Below are positions 47,254-60,140 of a DNA stretch of 64,000 nt, one piece after another. Every line of letters starts with the position of its first letter. Within the stretch, counting starts at the first letter, position 1. Position numbers and translations under genes: made by a program. Source of the DNA: Phoronis australis (taxonomy: Eukaryota; Animalia; Phoronida); the NCBI GenBank assembly GCA_002633005.1, contig NMRA01000359.1, positions 145,430 to 209,429 on the forward strand. Reading direction: 5' to 3'. The notes beneath the pieces were generated by a model, which was given only the letters and a program-made list of their open reading frames with translations, ran no database searches and had not been told where the DNA came from.

Positions 47254-50200
47254 ATGAAACGTGATCCGTGCCAGAGGGAAATCTGTGCGATTCAAACGTG
47301 CCTCCAAGGTTTTGAAACAATTTAAAGTTCTGCGTGACACTGTATTTCGCTGAGATATTTCGCGAGCTACGTCACTGGCTTCGCGTTCAGTAACGCTAGG
47401 AATAGGATCTTACTAAAAAGCAAAACTTCGCGAGATTTCGTAAAGAACGCGTGATTTTGGTTAGATTTTAGGAAGGTCCTAGCGCTACTGAACGCACGCT
47501 TTGGCTGGTTCTTGTAGCCTTGCCCTTGGCCTTGGACGGTGCAAAGCTGTATTATATCTAGCCAGCCAGCTAGCTGTATGAAGACTGCAGTCGTCAAAAT
47601 ACAGCTAGGTACCAATGTGTATTTCTTCTGTAGACCCCGAAATTGCACGCAGCCAGGGTAGTTCTGCTCGTCACTGCGCAATGAAACTTGTATCAAAATG
47701 TAAAGCTAAAGACCGTACGGGGTGCATGCAAAATCTGGGAATCAAGTGATACTCACCTTGCCTGTTACAGTGAAAAACAATGCAATAAACGTCATTTTCT
47801 TGCGTAAATCTCCGCCTTTTCTAACAGTGAAAAGTATTTCGTCATTTTGAAAACAATACGCTCGTGTCACGCGCCATTTCCTAAATTTTCGTGACAACTT
47901 CGAAGAAGCAAAATTTGTTCTGAAATTCGTTTTTTCAGTATCGAAATTTTAAAAACTTGTATTGAAGTGAAACCAGTTCCAATAATTTGTTGTGACATGT
48001 ACGCAAGCTCGTGAAAGAACAGCAGTTGATTGAAGAATCGGCGAAAAAAGAAACTGGTCAATAAGTGACACAATATTTCATGGCGCCGAAAGCCGTCGCT
48101 AAAGATCGCTCCAATACTTTAGCAGCAGAATAACGGTAGAACGCCATTTTTTCCAGCACTGTTAAATAATTTTGTTTACTCAAGGAAGACTAGTTTTTAA
48201 CGACACTAATTTTGTGTCAGATTTTATTTTACCACTTTCTTACCCACATCGGTGCAAAGCTGTATATTTATATACAGCTTTGTACCAAGGCTATATTATA
48301 TCCTGTCTTTTCCTGTTTGTAAAAGCCTTGCACTGATGTGGGTAAAAAATGGCCAAGTAAAATCCGACGCAGAATTACTGTCATTAGAGACTCCACCCTT
48401 CCTTGAGTGACCTATTAGTTGCCGATGCTTAAAAATTGCTGTTCTAACGTTATTCTGCTACTAAACTCTTATGCGTCTGCTTTCACAGCCACGAAATAAC
48501 GCGTCATCTGTTGATCAATTTCTTTTTTCACTGATTCTTTAATCATTGTTTTTTCTCAAGGTTGCATAAGCCTACATGTCACAACAAATTATCTGAATTG
48601 ATGTCACGTTCCAGTCGAAAGTTTTTAGAATTTTATTTTCAGCAAAACTAATTTCTTTTCTGAGCAAATTTTGCTTTGGCAAAGCTGTCGTCATCTCCTG
48701 AAAGGTGCACATTGTGCAAATTGCACTTACACGTGTCGCGAGCTTGCTGTTTACAAGTCCACAACGGACTTTTCTTTGTTACAAAAGCTGGAGGTAGCAA
48801 GAAAATGATGTTCATTGCATTTTTTGTTTTCTTGTTTTTTTTTTGATTGGGTGTCGATTGACTCCCAGATTTTGCATGCATTCCCGCTGGTCATTGGCTA
48901 GATGTTAATATAAGTTTCACAATATGAACATTGTGATGAGCAGAACTACCAGGACAGTTTGAAATTTCACGTCTTTGAAATACACACACAGGGGCTACTA
49001 GCTGTATTTTGACATTAAGTCTTCATACACATAGCTGGCTGGTTACTGGACTGACACACTGACAAACTGAACCTGGGTTGCATGTAATAGGTCTGATACA
49101 CTGCCTTGCAAGTACTCCATAAAGTCTTTGCTTCTGGAACGGAAACCGAATTCTATCCAATAATTTATGAATTCAGTCACATACATGGCCATGATTTAAC
49201 ACTGATTACAACCTCACCAGCAATTACCTCATTGACAGCTGCCATTTTCCTAGGTTATGCTAGTAGGGTCTTGTGGAAACGCCCGCAATTCTTGTATTTT
49301 GTTCTGAATTGCACGTAACCTTGTGAACAGAGGACATTTTATTGAAAAATCTGTAGTTAGCCATGAGGTGAAGCTCTATTAATGACACCCCATGCTATAA
49401 CTTATGATTGTTTCAATAGTTTGGCGATGGAATAATAGAATAACTGTAATTTTAGATCTGGTCACTAAGTTGTTCTCGTTAAAATTAGTTTTGCATCAGA
49501 TTTTATTTTGCTCACTTTTTCCCCAGGTCAACCGATAGTTGTGTTTTATAGTTTTGGTCCATAGCATTATTTTTGTTGCAATGTTTGGAAACCGGGGTGT
49601 TCTTTGTAATGAATGAAATTTAAACTACTGTGTTTGTTTTCTTTAGTCTGGTTCTTTAGTGTCAGCTAAGCATTTTCTGCCTGTCTTCCTGGCTCTGACG
49701 TTCAGAGTCCATAGGGGGTAATAAAGCGATCATCTCAACCAGCCAGGACCGTTAACCTTTTGTTAAGCTGTGTATAGGTACACAGTCCAAGAGCAGGGTT
49801 CGTAAAGAAATGCTTTTACGGCTGACCTTGCATGTCAATTTCAAAAGACTTATTCAGTGATGGATTTGGGGGTGCAAGGGGGCCATGCCTCCCCCCCCCC
49901 TAAAATTCTACCATATACCATATGGCAGTCTGGGTGCGAATTGCTGACTAGTAGATGAACACATCCAGGGGGGCTCTGGGGGGTGAATAAACAATGCTTA
50001 GGCCCTGAACAAATAACTTTTTTTAGTCTAAGGGTCCGCAAACCCAAAAACTCGAGACCCCTGCATCCCTACTTTTTAGGCTGGGCACGCGCATCTGCCG
50101 AAATTCTGGTTATTCCTGTGCCGTGGTCCCCCCCCCTAACTCAAAATCCTGGATCCGCCCCTGCTTTGTGTGTGTGATTACACCTTTCAGCAAAATACTA

Positions 50201-50768
50201 AGTCATCATTTGGAGTAGTTACCCCCTCCAAGCCCAAAATGTGCAAATACTTACTAAACCCATTTTTGACAAGGGCTTGCCCCTATTGATAGGAAATGTC
50301 TGGCACTATAATTGTAATTTTTTCCTACTGGCACATTTAAATCTTGCCCACTATATGGTCGCCTACAAAATTTGATATTTTTGCGGTGGGAATTGTGGAC
50401 ACACCAGCAGACTTTTTACATTTGAAATTTTGTAGTGTTTTTAAGCCTAAAATAGCTATACCAGGATGCTTTGTTCACCCATCAATCATGTAAAGCACAT
50501 ACCCTGTATGAGAGTGCCATGCGTCCACTAAAATAAAATTTATTAAACATACTGCAAACAATGATGCAAGGTTTTTGTTGTTCACAGTAATGTTTATATT
50601 TTCTTTTTATTTCCAGCATACCACTATCAAGAGTCCAAGTGTAAAGATGTATTGAAAACGTTGAAAAGATGTTGTGAAAAGTATGGCTATGGATCATCTG
50701 GGTGTGCTGGAATGAAGACTCGCTTACTTGAAATCGATGACTCGGAAAAGCCGTTGGACAATTCATAG
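47254..50768 (+). CDS. CMC4: Cx9C motif-containing protein 4 (p8-MTCP1 family, mitochondrial intermembrane space), 2 coding exons, 68 aa
   Basis: Exons 47254-47308 and 50617-50768 give MKRDPCQREICAIQTCLQAYHYQESKCKDVLKTLKRCCEKYGYGSSGCAGMKTRLLEIDDSEKPLDNS*. The DPCQ..C.IQ.CLQ..Y.ESKC..CC pattern is typical of CMC4. Candidate polyA signal AATAAA at 51478. Confidence 0.93.
47383..47495. mobile_element. Intact ~115-bp MITE, GCGTTCAGTAACGCTAGG...CCTAGCGCTACTGAACGC
   Basis: TIRs 17/18 identical; family members at 15682 and 26371-27576. Confidence 0.8.
47537..49045. repeat. Large foldback: two diverged ~750-bp repeat units in inverted orientation with a central palindrome at 48251-48286
   Basis: AGCCAGCTA..GTATGAAGACT..GTCAAAATACAGCTAG (47563-47609) vs its reverse complement at 48998-49041. 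Arms about 47870-48260 vs 48325-48700 share blocks (ATAATTTGTTGTGACATGTA, GCAGAATAACG, CTCAAGGAAG, TTACCCACATC). Central palindrome GGTGCAAAGCTGTATA-TTTA-TATACAGCTTTGTACC. Confidence 0.8.
49855..50163. mobile_element. MITE, GGCGGATC family (longer member)
   Basis: CAGTGATGGATTTGGGGG ... AAAATCCTGGATCCGCCCCTG. Confidence 0.7.
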
Positions 50769-52089
50769 TGTCGTTTTTGTCAAATGCTTAGGAGTGCAGG
50801 AGAGATCTGTATGGCTGTGATGATGGTAACATGGAAGTTTAGCCACTGTATTCAAGGGTTGCACCTGCTTAAAATTTCCTCCCAGTGTGCCGTCGTTAAC
50901 TAGGCTGATTCGCCCTTGCAAAGTGGCCGGAAATCTTTCCATTACTAGCCAGGAGTTTGGTGAAAAGTGAATGATGACCTGCATGTGATTTGAAGTGGCC
51001 CAATCTTGAAGGGAATTGGTCAATTATGTCAAAATTTATTTCTTAACAGTTTTTCATTACCTGTCAGTGGTCTGGGTGATTTAATTATTTTGTGTCATTT
51101 TTGGAAAGACATTCAAGCTTTTGACAGCAAGTACTATAACTTGAGGAAATGTCAGTTAAGTGTACTTTTGCCCGCTACATTTTGCTTTGTCAACTCTATG
51201 TGCAATGTGACTCAGTGGAGAGTGAGGAGCTTTTGAAGGCTCTGAGTTCAGTCCCTGACTGCTGTGGTCCTAGTAGATGTCAACATGCACTATTCCAGTC
51301 ACCTGAGTCATACGGCTGGGTTGGTCTTCTCTGGTTGTGTTCTGGTCCACACTGCTGCTGGTTTATCTGAAGTCAGATTAGAAATCAAATGGTTGAGCAG
51401 CGAGCTTGTTATGGATTTATTTTGGACCAGTGTGATATGATTTACTTCACCCTTGTTCACACTTGATTGAATGGTGTAATAAAACCTGTAATATCAGTGG
51501 CGGATTTGGGGGGGGGCTTTCTGCATGCATTTGTAGCATTGTCTTCTGTGATTCTTCACTGATTACCACACAAAATAATGGTCAAAATTGCCATTTTCTT
51601 CGTTTCAAAGGCACCGCAAATGATTGAAATTTGCCAAATGTTACTAGATAACATCTATACAAACCAAACTAAAATTGAACAAGGATATTCGTACTATTTT
51701 CATTTTTGTTGATAAATTTGGCAAAATGAAATTTCAGGAGTCTGTCATATTGTGCTCAATCATGGGGGGCGCACCTCGCCCATGTAAACAGGTGAAGAAT
51801 TACTGTATCACGAACTTTTAGTTATTTTTTGTGAATTTTGCAACTGAAAGCCTGTGATACCTTGCGCTATCCATAAAGGATTTTGTTTGATATTGAACGC
51901 AATTGTTCTCAAGTATAGGTTTGTTATTGCTGGAATCTATTCGTTGTTCTTGTTCATGATATTAGGTAGTGTGTGAGAGTTGAATTTACTTTACATTGGA
52001 TGCGTAATGCGTTCATTTTGTGCAATAAATTAAGTTATATTTGTGGCAAAAGTAAGTTGGTATTTTTGTTGCTAAGTTCAGTCGGAAGA

Positions 52090-52540
52090 TGCTTTAAAGT
52101 TTTGTGGAGTAATGAAAGGCACGTTTTGCTGACAACATGGGACTGGGGAGTTCCACAAAGACGGTGCATACCCACGGGGCATCGTGCCGCTCAGCTGGGT
52201 CGGTTTGTCCACACAATTTCAACTTTTTTGTTTCTTTTAACAATAAGCGTTGATCTTCATAGCTTTGGTTGACCATTAGATGAGCCGCCTGGTGTTATTC
52301 CTCTGTTTTTTTTGCCACATTCAGTCTGGCGGTTTTCTGGCATCGTATCCACGACGCGACGTTCCACTTTTTGTCCCAAAACTGATTGTAATCGAATGGT
52401 CAATAGACGTGTTAGAAGTCCATTTTTCCTGGGCTCCCGAAAGTTGAGAGCCCCGGTCTTGGCAATATAATTTTCCAGCGCCACATCATGCCTGTTCTTT
52501 CTCCAACACAAATGCCGGCAGAATTCAAGTGCCCATTCCA
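52090..52540 (-). mobile_element. Possible highly degenerate piggyBac-like transposase C-terminus
   Basis: Fragments DTMPENRQTEC, LKLCGQT..RHDAPWVCTV..AFHYSTKL loosely resemble the Cys-rich C-terminal domain of PGBD transposases; broken by frameshifts, no TIR found. Confidence 0.25.
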
Positions 52541-53335
52541 AAGATTATGCTTGCACGGCGTCTTTTATCTACACGAACTTGTGGCAATGTGTCGGGAGTT
52601 TTACAGTCACGAAAGTTGTGAGCACGTGTTCACAAACTTGAAACCGCCTTCACCACTCGGTGGCATAACTGATGCGCACATTCACTCAAACTGAGCGAAT
52701 GCCCGATTTCGGAGTAAATATTTTTATTACTTATAAACAACAATTTTAAAGTTTTTTTAATGAGCGTCCCGAATTGATTACCGCTTCCTAATTAAAAGCT
52801 TGTGTTCTGGTTGAAAATGACTGCGGGACATCGGAGACGAATCAACAACAGTCGCATGCAGAAGCAACGCACCGTTGTGACCAATTTTTTCATTGTCTTG
52901 CCTTCCGAGGGGGCTAAATCCTACACCCTGAGCACTCCCCCTCCCACCCTCTGTACGCTACCCGCGATCTTGCTGGCTACCGGGGTTTGTCCCGGAGGTG
53001 CGACCACTTGCACAAGACTAAAATCGTTATATACTACCCTGAAGAGAAATACCCTTGCATGTCGGCCGGGGTTTTCGTCGCGGTGCATTTCTTCGGACAT
53101 AAAAGCGGAACGAAGAAATTGTTGTGCCTTCCATAATTTATCCGTTATTAGCGTTTTGTCGCCGGTATTTTATCGTCAATGCTCAATTAATATGCCGGAA
53201 CCTAGATAAATTATGCGAGACAAGTCGACGTTAATTCTAAATGGTAACACTATTAGAAAACAAATGGTTCATTAATTATTAATCTGATTTGGAAGAATTT
53301 GTCCCCTCGACAACAAGAAGTATTTGTATCGATTT

Positions 53336-53440
53336 CCAATGTTTTGGTATATAAGATCACCGTACCTAATGAGTACAAACAGTTGCAAGTGAGCAAGACA
53401 GTTGCGATCACGACGAACAGTCTCTTAAATTCAGGTAAGT
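53336..53440 (+). promoter_or_regulatory. CCAAT + TATA box followed by a short non-coding exon with a consensus donor (candidate alternative first exon)
   Basis: CCAAT 53336, TATATAAG 53348, CAG|GTAAGT at 53434/53435. Confidence 0.4.
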
Positions 53441-55166
53441 TTTCTCACATGACTGCTGTTCATGTATTTACTTAATTCTATTCCATAACCCTCAAACAGA
53501 AAATTCGACACTTTGTTGATTTGAAAAAAGTGATTTCCACTCGTGATTTAGCTTAGAAAATAGCATTGCCATGAGTCTGTATACAGACATTGCCCTTGGC
53601 GTATGGAGAAGTAGTCGCCTTAGGAGTCAGACACAGGAAGTGTGCTGACGTGTTTTGTCATTGAAAGCTTTTTGCTGCACTAGTGCACTTGGAATTTTCT
53701 GCTACGCTGATGTTTCTTGGTTACAGTCGGTGTATTTTAAGGAGTTGCTAAGCGTGTTGATTAAATAACTAAGGACTACGGCAATGCAGGCAAATGTGTA
53801 ATTAAAATGATGAAAATTAAATTACACCCATATTGGCAATATATGTGAGGAAAGTGTTTGAATTTACTCGCATTCATATATTTATTTCATAATTGCCATG
53901 TCTAGTCGCAAGGTTTTTGTTAATTCACCTACTGAATTCAACATCATTAGGCTATTTTCTTTGTGTCTTTCTGTTGTTGATAAGTATTCGCTGCGTCATA
54001 ATTGGCTACGCCTTCTTCACAACGACTCTAATAGACTACTGTATGTATAGTTACTAGATAGTAATAATGAATTTGTTGTTGTGATTTAATTGAACAAGTA
54101 ATTGTTCGTGTCTGAAGTTCGACACGTACAAACAATTTGTCAAAAAATTTAAAAATAACTAAACTTCTCAAGAAATAGATTTTTGTGTCTGCAGGTTTGT
54201 AAATGGTTGCAATAAATAAGTGTAATTAAGTTACGGGTCATTCATACGTATGACATATCCTTTTGCGAAGACTTTTGAATGCTATTATATTTTATTATTT
54301 TTATTACGTTGTGTGTTTTCACCGCGGACATGGTCTCAAATTTAAATGCGCCAGTACAATAATCGGATTAAAAAATAATTGAAGAAGATTAAACAATTAA
54401 TAAAATGAAAGTAGGGAAGTACAAAAAGTAATACATTACATTGGAGATTTTATTTAGTTGATGAAATTCAGTTTAGCAAGACAGAATTTTTCGCTAGTAA
54501 CAAGTGTTGAGTATGCAATTCAGTTACACCTGTAACAAAGATTTTTGAGTTATCTTTGTCTGTAATTTATTAGAAGTCTGGTGGGCTAGTCTCTTGATCC
54601 ACACGCCACCTTTAGGCAAATGACGACCGTCATCTGTGAGAAAGGTCATCACTTTTCGTGGATCAGAACACTAATTATGGACCAATAGGGGTCGTCACCA
54701 ATATTGTAGACATAACTTCTTAAAGTATTTTAATTTAGTGTATTTACTGTTGATAAAATTCAAACGTTTAGAAAATAAATAAGCTTATTGTATCCAATGA
54801 TAAACATCACAATTAATAAATTAACGAGTAGAGACAGAATAAAGCTAAACAAACACACATTATCAATAAATATAACACGCGTGTGCCGTGTTTATTCACG
54901 GCATTGTGGGCTTTGTGTTCGGGCGCCATCTTCTGAACTTTGAGGGGAGCTACTTGAAAATTAGTTTTCCTCATGGAACGCCACTTGAATTCTAAACAAT
55001 CATTCATTTTACCAAAATATGTAGACTGCATAACTATTGTGAGGTAAAATTTATTTTTATGTTCAATTTCTCACAAAGACCGACTCTTTGTTGGCCACAA
55101 CCTCAAAGGTGGCTCTATGAATACTTCCCCTCCAATAAAACGACCTACCCCTGACGACGTAATGGC

Positions 55167-55277
55167 GTCCTAGCGACGTTATGAAAACAAGTTACACGGG
55201 GTCGCGCAGATTAACTATAATGTTTATACAGTCAATGAATCAAAAGTTTACACTGCACCACAGTCGCTGCCGGTAAC
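55167..55277. promoter_or_regulatory. X-box-like (RFX) motifs upstream of the TEX26-like ATG
   Basis: GTCCTAGCGAC 55167-55177 and GTCGCTGCCGGTAAC 55263-55277. Confidence 0.4.
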
Positions 55278-55285
55278 GAGTTAAT

Positions 55286-58200
55286 ATGGCTGGCGTGGAT
55301 TACTTACTCCCTCCTAGGACCCCTACGTCCGTCCTGGGACATTATAACGAATCAAATGATGAAAATTACGATATCAAGGTAAGCTTCACGCTAACTTGAA
55401 TCTGACTGACTGTTTACACACCGTGTTAATTTATAATGAGGCGTATAAAACTCCCTTGGGCACATCTCCGTAAGTGTGCATTGCTAACTACGTGGCTTTT
55501 AAGTCAATTAGTTTCTGTAGGAATTCTAACGAGGTGTAACGAGGTCTCAAGGTGAAAAAATCACACGTTAATGTCACATTTGGGGCCTACGCATTGTCTG
55601 ACTTTGATAAGCGATTGTCGTCGAAACGGATTATCCCCGAGATGTCGAGTGCTCTCAACCGTGGCTTACAAGTCGGTTTATCACTTCTCGGGAATGCGAT
55701 TTTGAGTACAACAAAACATATTGTCGTTTGACTTTACTATGTTGTAAACTGATAAAGGATAGACCAGCTGTGAATTTGACGCAAAGATCCTTTAAAAACC
55801 TGGCAATCATTTGCAATTAACGGCCTGAAAAGAATGAATGAATCCCGTCTGTGCCTGCTATTAACAAATGGTCTACTAAAATACCAACGACGCAAATCAC
55901 TTTTAGTTGCTGATACAAAGCGTGCGGGAGTAATACGGCGCCATCGTCCTTAATACCTCTTCTTGTTAATACTCTAACTGTCCTTCTGTCTAGTTCACTC
56001 AACAAAATAAACACTTTCCAAATTGTCAAAAACTAAAGCTCGTAGCTTCGGGATATCATAGAGAGTTTTCACCCTCTTCAAGTTTGCAATAAAGTACCGT
56101 GACGTTTAACAGCAAAACTTATTAAGGAATTCATGTAACTCTTTCCGGGAGATAATATTTTGCGAGGTGTCAGATTTTTGGGTGGAACAAAAGGCGCCAG
56201 GATGTACACCTCGGTGCCCACATTGAGTGAGATTCTGTTGTTGTTTTTTTTTCGTTTTTTTTTTTGATAGGTCTAAATCTGATTGCAAACCAGTTATTTA
56301 TTTTTATCTAAAATGTTACTTAACGAATAAAACAGATTTATTAATTTCATGTGACAGGTAGCCTTGTTATGTGACTCGTCAATATCAAAGATACTATAAA
56401 ATCTTTGTCAGTATAAAGCTTAATGACTCCATTTTTACCACCTTTCCTGCGAGGAATCAATAAGGTTCAATGAAAAAATTAGCGCAAAGTGGATTTATCC
56501 AAGCTATGATCCGTAAGGTCTAAATGTCAGAGCACTGGTAGGTATATGGTCCCTTGAGAAAACTGAAATGTTGTTATTGTCATTAACTACTAGCTAATGA
56601 ACAAACGACGACCAACAAATTGATGTCGGTTTTTCGTTTATGTACATTTCAGTTGGGGGAAGATTTGTTAAATCCCGGATTTCAACAACATTTGGAAAGG
56701 TTTTATCACAAAGCGTCTCCATCAGACCAGAAAAAGTGCCTTCAGCTATTAAGCAAATTCCAGTCATCAAAGGAGGGTAAACGATTAAGAAGCACAAAAA
56801 CGGCCATGGCATCCTTAGGTTCGGATCTGAAACACTATCATCCCTTGGATCCCTATTTGACGGAATACACAAAGGAGTATCCCTCAAAAGCTGTACACAC
56901 ACAGGCTGTCAGGTATGTGTATAATTGGGATGTCCGCGTCGATAATTTTAGCATTTCTGTGGTAAAACAACAATACAGTCCTTCGGTTGACGTTCATCAT
57001 CACATGTCAGCGGGACGCCGGATTTTGCATCGCCAGTTGAGGCGTTAATTTTATTTTTAATGCACAGTCAGTCGTGGCTTTATCAACTAGGATTTGTCAT
57101 ACTCTGACCAAAAAGAGCGACTTGGCTTTTTTCTTCTTTTTTTAATTTATTTCAATTCGTGGAATGATTGCATCTACTTAACTAATAGGCCAATACACAA
57201 CAAATTCTGAATCGTCATAAAACGCGTTGTCGGCTCTTTTTCCGTTTAATTAAAGGCCGCTATAACCGAAATATGATACACTGTAATGTCATATAAAATT
57301 TCTTAAATATTAGGCCACAGACATCACAACTAGTAGCATCATATGATCTCGATGGTCCTATTGGAAACACAACATACGACATGGAATATTATGATAAAAA
57401 ACAGCGACCAGCGGAGCCAATCAGAACCGGAACTTCTAGCGGTGCTCGAAGAAATAACCCTCATCCCCAAAAGGTAAGCCATTGGTGAAGCTGTTAATTA
57501 TTGAACAATTACACGTGTCAATATTGCAATAAAAATCAATAAAACGCCACCTAAACGCCTTTGAAGTTGAAAACCCTTAGACGGCTATTCAAATACAAAC
57601 AATTGACCAAGTTTCCTCACTGCAGCTGCGATGGCCGAGTGGTTAAGGCGTTGGACTTGAAATCCAATGGGTTCTTCCCTCGCAGGTTCGAATCCTGCTC
57701 GCAGCGTCCTAATTTTTTTCCTTTTGTAAGCGATATTTTCATGTTCTCAATGCGAAATGGCCATAAATATTTCATCAAGAAGTGTATAGTTGGTTATTTG
57801 TATAACAATTTACTAGTAAATAATTTCGAGTTGACGTTTTTTTATTTTCTATCATATAACTATAGGAATAGATTTCGTTGGTGTTATATTTACTGGTATA
57901 GTTTTATTTTATCATAGTTTTTGTCAAAGAATAACCACAGGTGTCGGGTTGGAATTAAGCATCGCATATTATTGAATTGAATATGAAAAGTGAGTGCCAC
58001 TCATGTGCCACTGAATTTCTTAGTTTATTTTGTGATAAAACCGTTACCTTGTCTTTCGTTAACAGGCTTTCACAGTGTGGAAGTTTCCAAAGAATGGCAT
58101 GCCACTATCAGACAGTGGGATGAATCAACCGCTTTCAGACGAACTAATGGACAAAGTTCTTAGGGGCCAACTTAGGTCAACCTATCAATATGACTACATA

Positions 58201-60140
58201 GGTGTACCACAAGGTAAATTCTATTGCTATCAATAATACTGTCAATATCATTTATTAGTTTCGTTCTTATCAGTCCTGTCGCTTAAGGCATTAATAATAT
58301 CACTGCTATTTTACGACTGGAAGCATAAATAAATGTATTATGACCAATATTATTCAGTCACACAATGACATTATGCGAAATGCAGACGATTGATTAAAAT
58401 GTTAGAAGTGGTCAAATTTAGAAACGCAATTATTTTATATATTTTTCTTCGTATTTCAGCACTAGAGGCTAAAACCAATTGAAATCATGCACAATCAACC
58501 TTTAACGTTTTATGGATTGTGTTACGACGTGTTTTGTGCTGTATACATTTTCCACAGAGAATTTTAATGTTCAGATTTGCCTTTCTTCAGGTCACACCGT
58601 ACATGGTTACTATTCGCTACCCGGAACAAAAGATTGGAAGGCTGAAGTTCCTTACACTCTCGACTCGACCAAACGGGCGTCGTACCAGCAACCAAATCAA
58701 CACCGGGAATTGTTGAATAACGTGACCCGATTTGGATGTAACAAAACACACGGAGTACCAGCTTATGGAACAGGTGAACATTATAGTTGTTAACTGTGGC
58801 TTTGGTCTTAAATCTAAATCTTTAGGTTAGCCGCAACTATTGATTTCTATGGTGTTAATACCTTACATTACATAAGCACAATCGACTGACTTTTGCCGTT
58901 TTCACCACCGCTGCGCGCGCAGCATATTTTAGCATCAATTCAGCAATTTCACCTGTTCCGTTTTTATCTTACAGTGCCAACATCTCATCCGGTTTACATG
59001 AACATGAGAGGAAAAACAACATACCACAGGGAGTTTAATGAGAAAGCCCCAGGAAGAATGTCGTCCACCGGGGTTGGGGCGTCGATATCGGACGACATCA
59101 TAACAGGTAAACTATTGCCAATCTCTGTTTTTCTCATAATACCATATGAGAGATATTTTGTGTTGTAGTCACCGATTTCTTTACAAGTATGGTGTCTGTT
59201 CCTTGTTTTTAAACTTAATTTTGTTCACCATGCTGTATGTCGTAAAAGCGTCTAAGAATTAAGTACTGGAAGAGTTCGCTGGATGATACTTGCCTGTCAC
59301 GTTTTTTGCAATCGTCTATTTACAATGTTTTGTAATCCTATTTTAGTAAACTGCTAGGCAGTGACTTCAGAGAATTAACCTTTATGAGAATTGTAAGTTC
59401 AGAGTGATGGCGTGACTTTTGTTTTATGAATTTTGTTGAGATTCAATTTTTTTTTTTTTTTTTGATTTGGTAATTAGCTTCGTTCCGGCCGTCACGACGG
59501 TGTGTAAAGTATTCTTACTTTGATTTACTCAGTGCATTTGAATATGTGTTTCAGTTTCATATTATTTTGGTCAATTCTGTGCATTCGAATTTGTTATACG
59601 TGAAAGTGATCGTGTTGTGATTCTCATTTTCGTTTGTTGGACGAGCTTAACATTTAAAAATAGAACCTATTTTCCAAGATATGTACAGGAAAAATAAACC
59701 AAATAAATATGTCTGCAAGTAAACTTGTTTCAGAACTCTTAATATAACAGGTTTTGTTCCGTTTGTTATGGTTATAAAATCAAGAAAAGAAAATCAAATG
59801 CAAAGAAGATAAAAACTGTAGGCCCTAAGTCAACGTACTATCGTATTATTCTAAGGTTTAACGTCAACTCTGCCTTATGGTCATACTGAGGTTTTATTGT
59901 TGATATGTGATCGGTATTAATATGAATGCAACCCCTATTTTTGTTTCTTTTTGGGTTGTAACATCGGCTATCAGTGATACTGTTGCTTTACTTGTGTTTT
60001 TCTGTTTTACAGCTCGTCCACCCTCCACACCGTCGTCCATTCGCTCGACGAAAAGATCGCGCATACCCGCGGCAACGCCGTTATTCAGCGGGAGAACAAA
60101 CTCCCCCTCCTGGGTACCCACTTGGACTGGTCCACAGTAA
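55286..60140 (+). CDS. TEX26: Testis-expressed protein 26-like (ciliary/sperm axoneme protein), 7 exons, about 367 aa
   Basis: Exons 55286-55378, 56653-56912, 57314-57473, 58066-58213, 58591-58773, 58975-59106, 60013-60140 (1104 nt, phases consistent). Motifs DPYLTEY..Y.LDGPIGNTTYDMEY..IRTGTSSG..W.FP..DWKAEVP..DST.RASYQQP..EL..RFGC..KTTYHREF match the TEX26 pattern as recalled. Confidence 0.85.
57625..57706 (+). tRNA. tRNA-Ser(TGA): tRNA-Ser(TGA), 82 nt, long variable arm, in TEX26 intron 3
   Basis: Acceptor stem GCTGCGA/TCGCAGC + G discriminator; A box TGGCCGAGTGG; anticodon arm TTGGA-CT-TGA-AA-TCCAA; T arm GCAGG-TTCGAAT-CCTGC; Pol III T7 terminator at 57713-57719. Confidence 0.97.

Noticed and set aside
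52802-53209. 135-aa plus-strand ORF
   Set aside because: Non-ATG start, no family resemblance and no convincing splice context.
57625-57706. Selenocysteine or suppressor tRNA
   Set aside because: The anticodon is TGA (reads UCA, Ser), not TCA, and the fold is a standard 7/5 cloverleaf.
59347-59720. Extra TEX26 micro-exons (near 59358-59392 and 59678-59718)
   Set aside because: Neither preserves phase between exons 6 and 7 on its own, and direct 59106-60013 splicing is already in frame.
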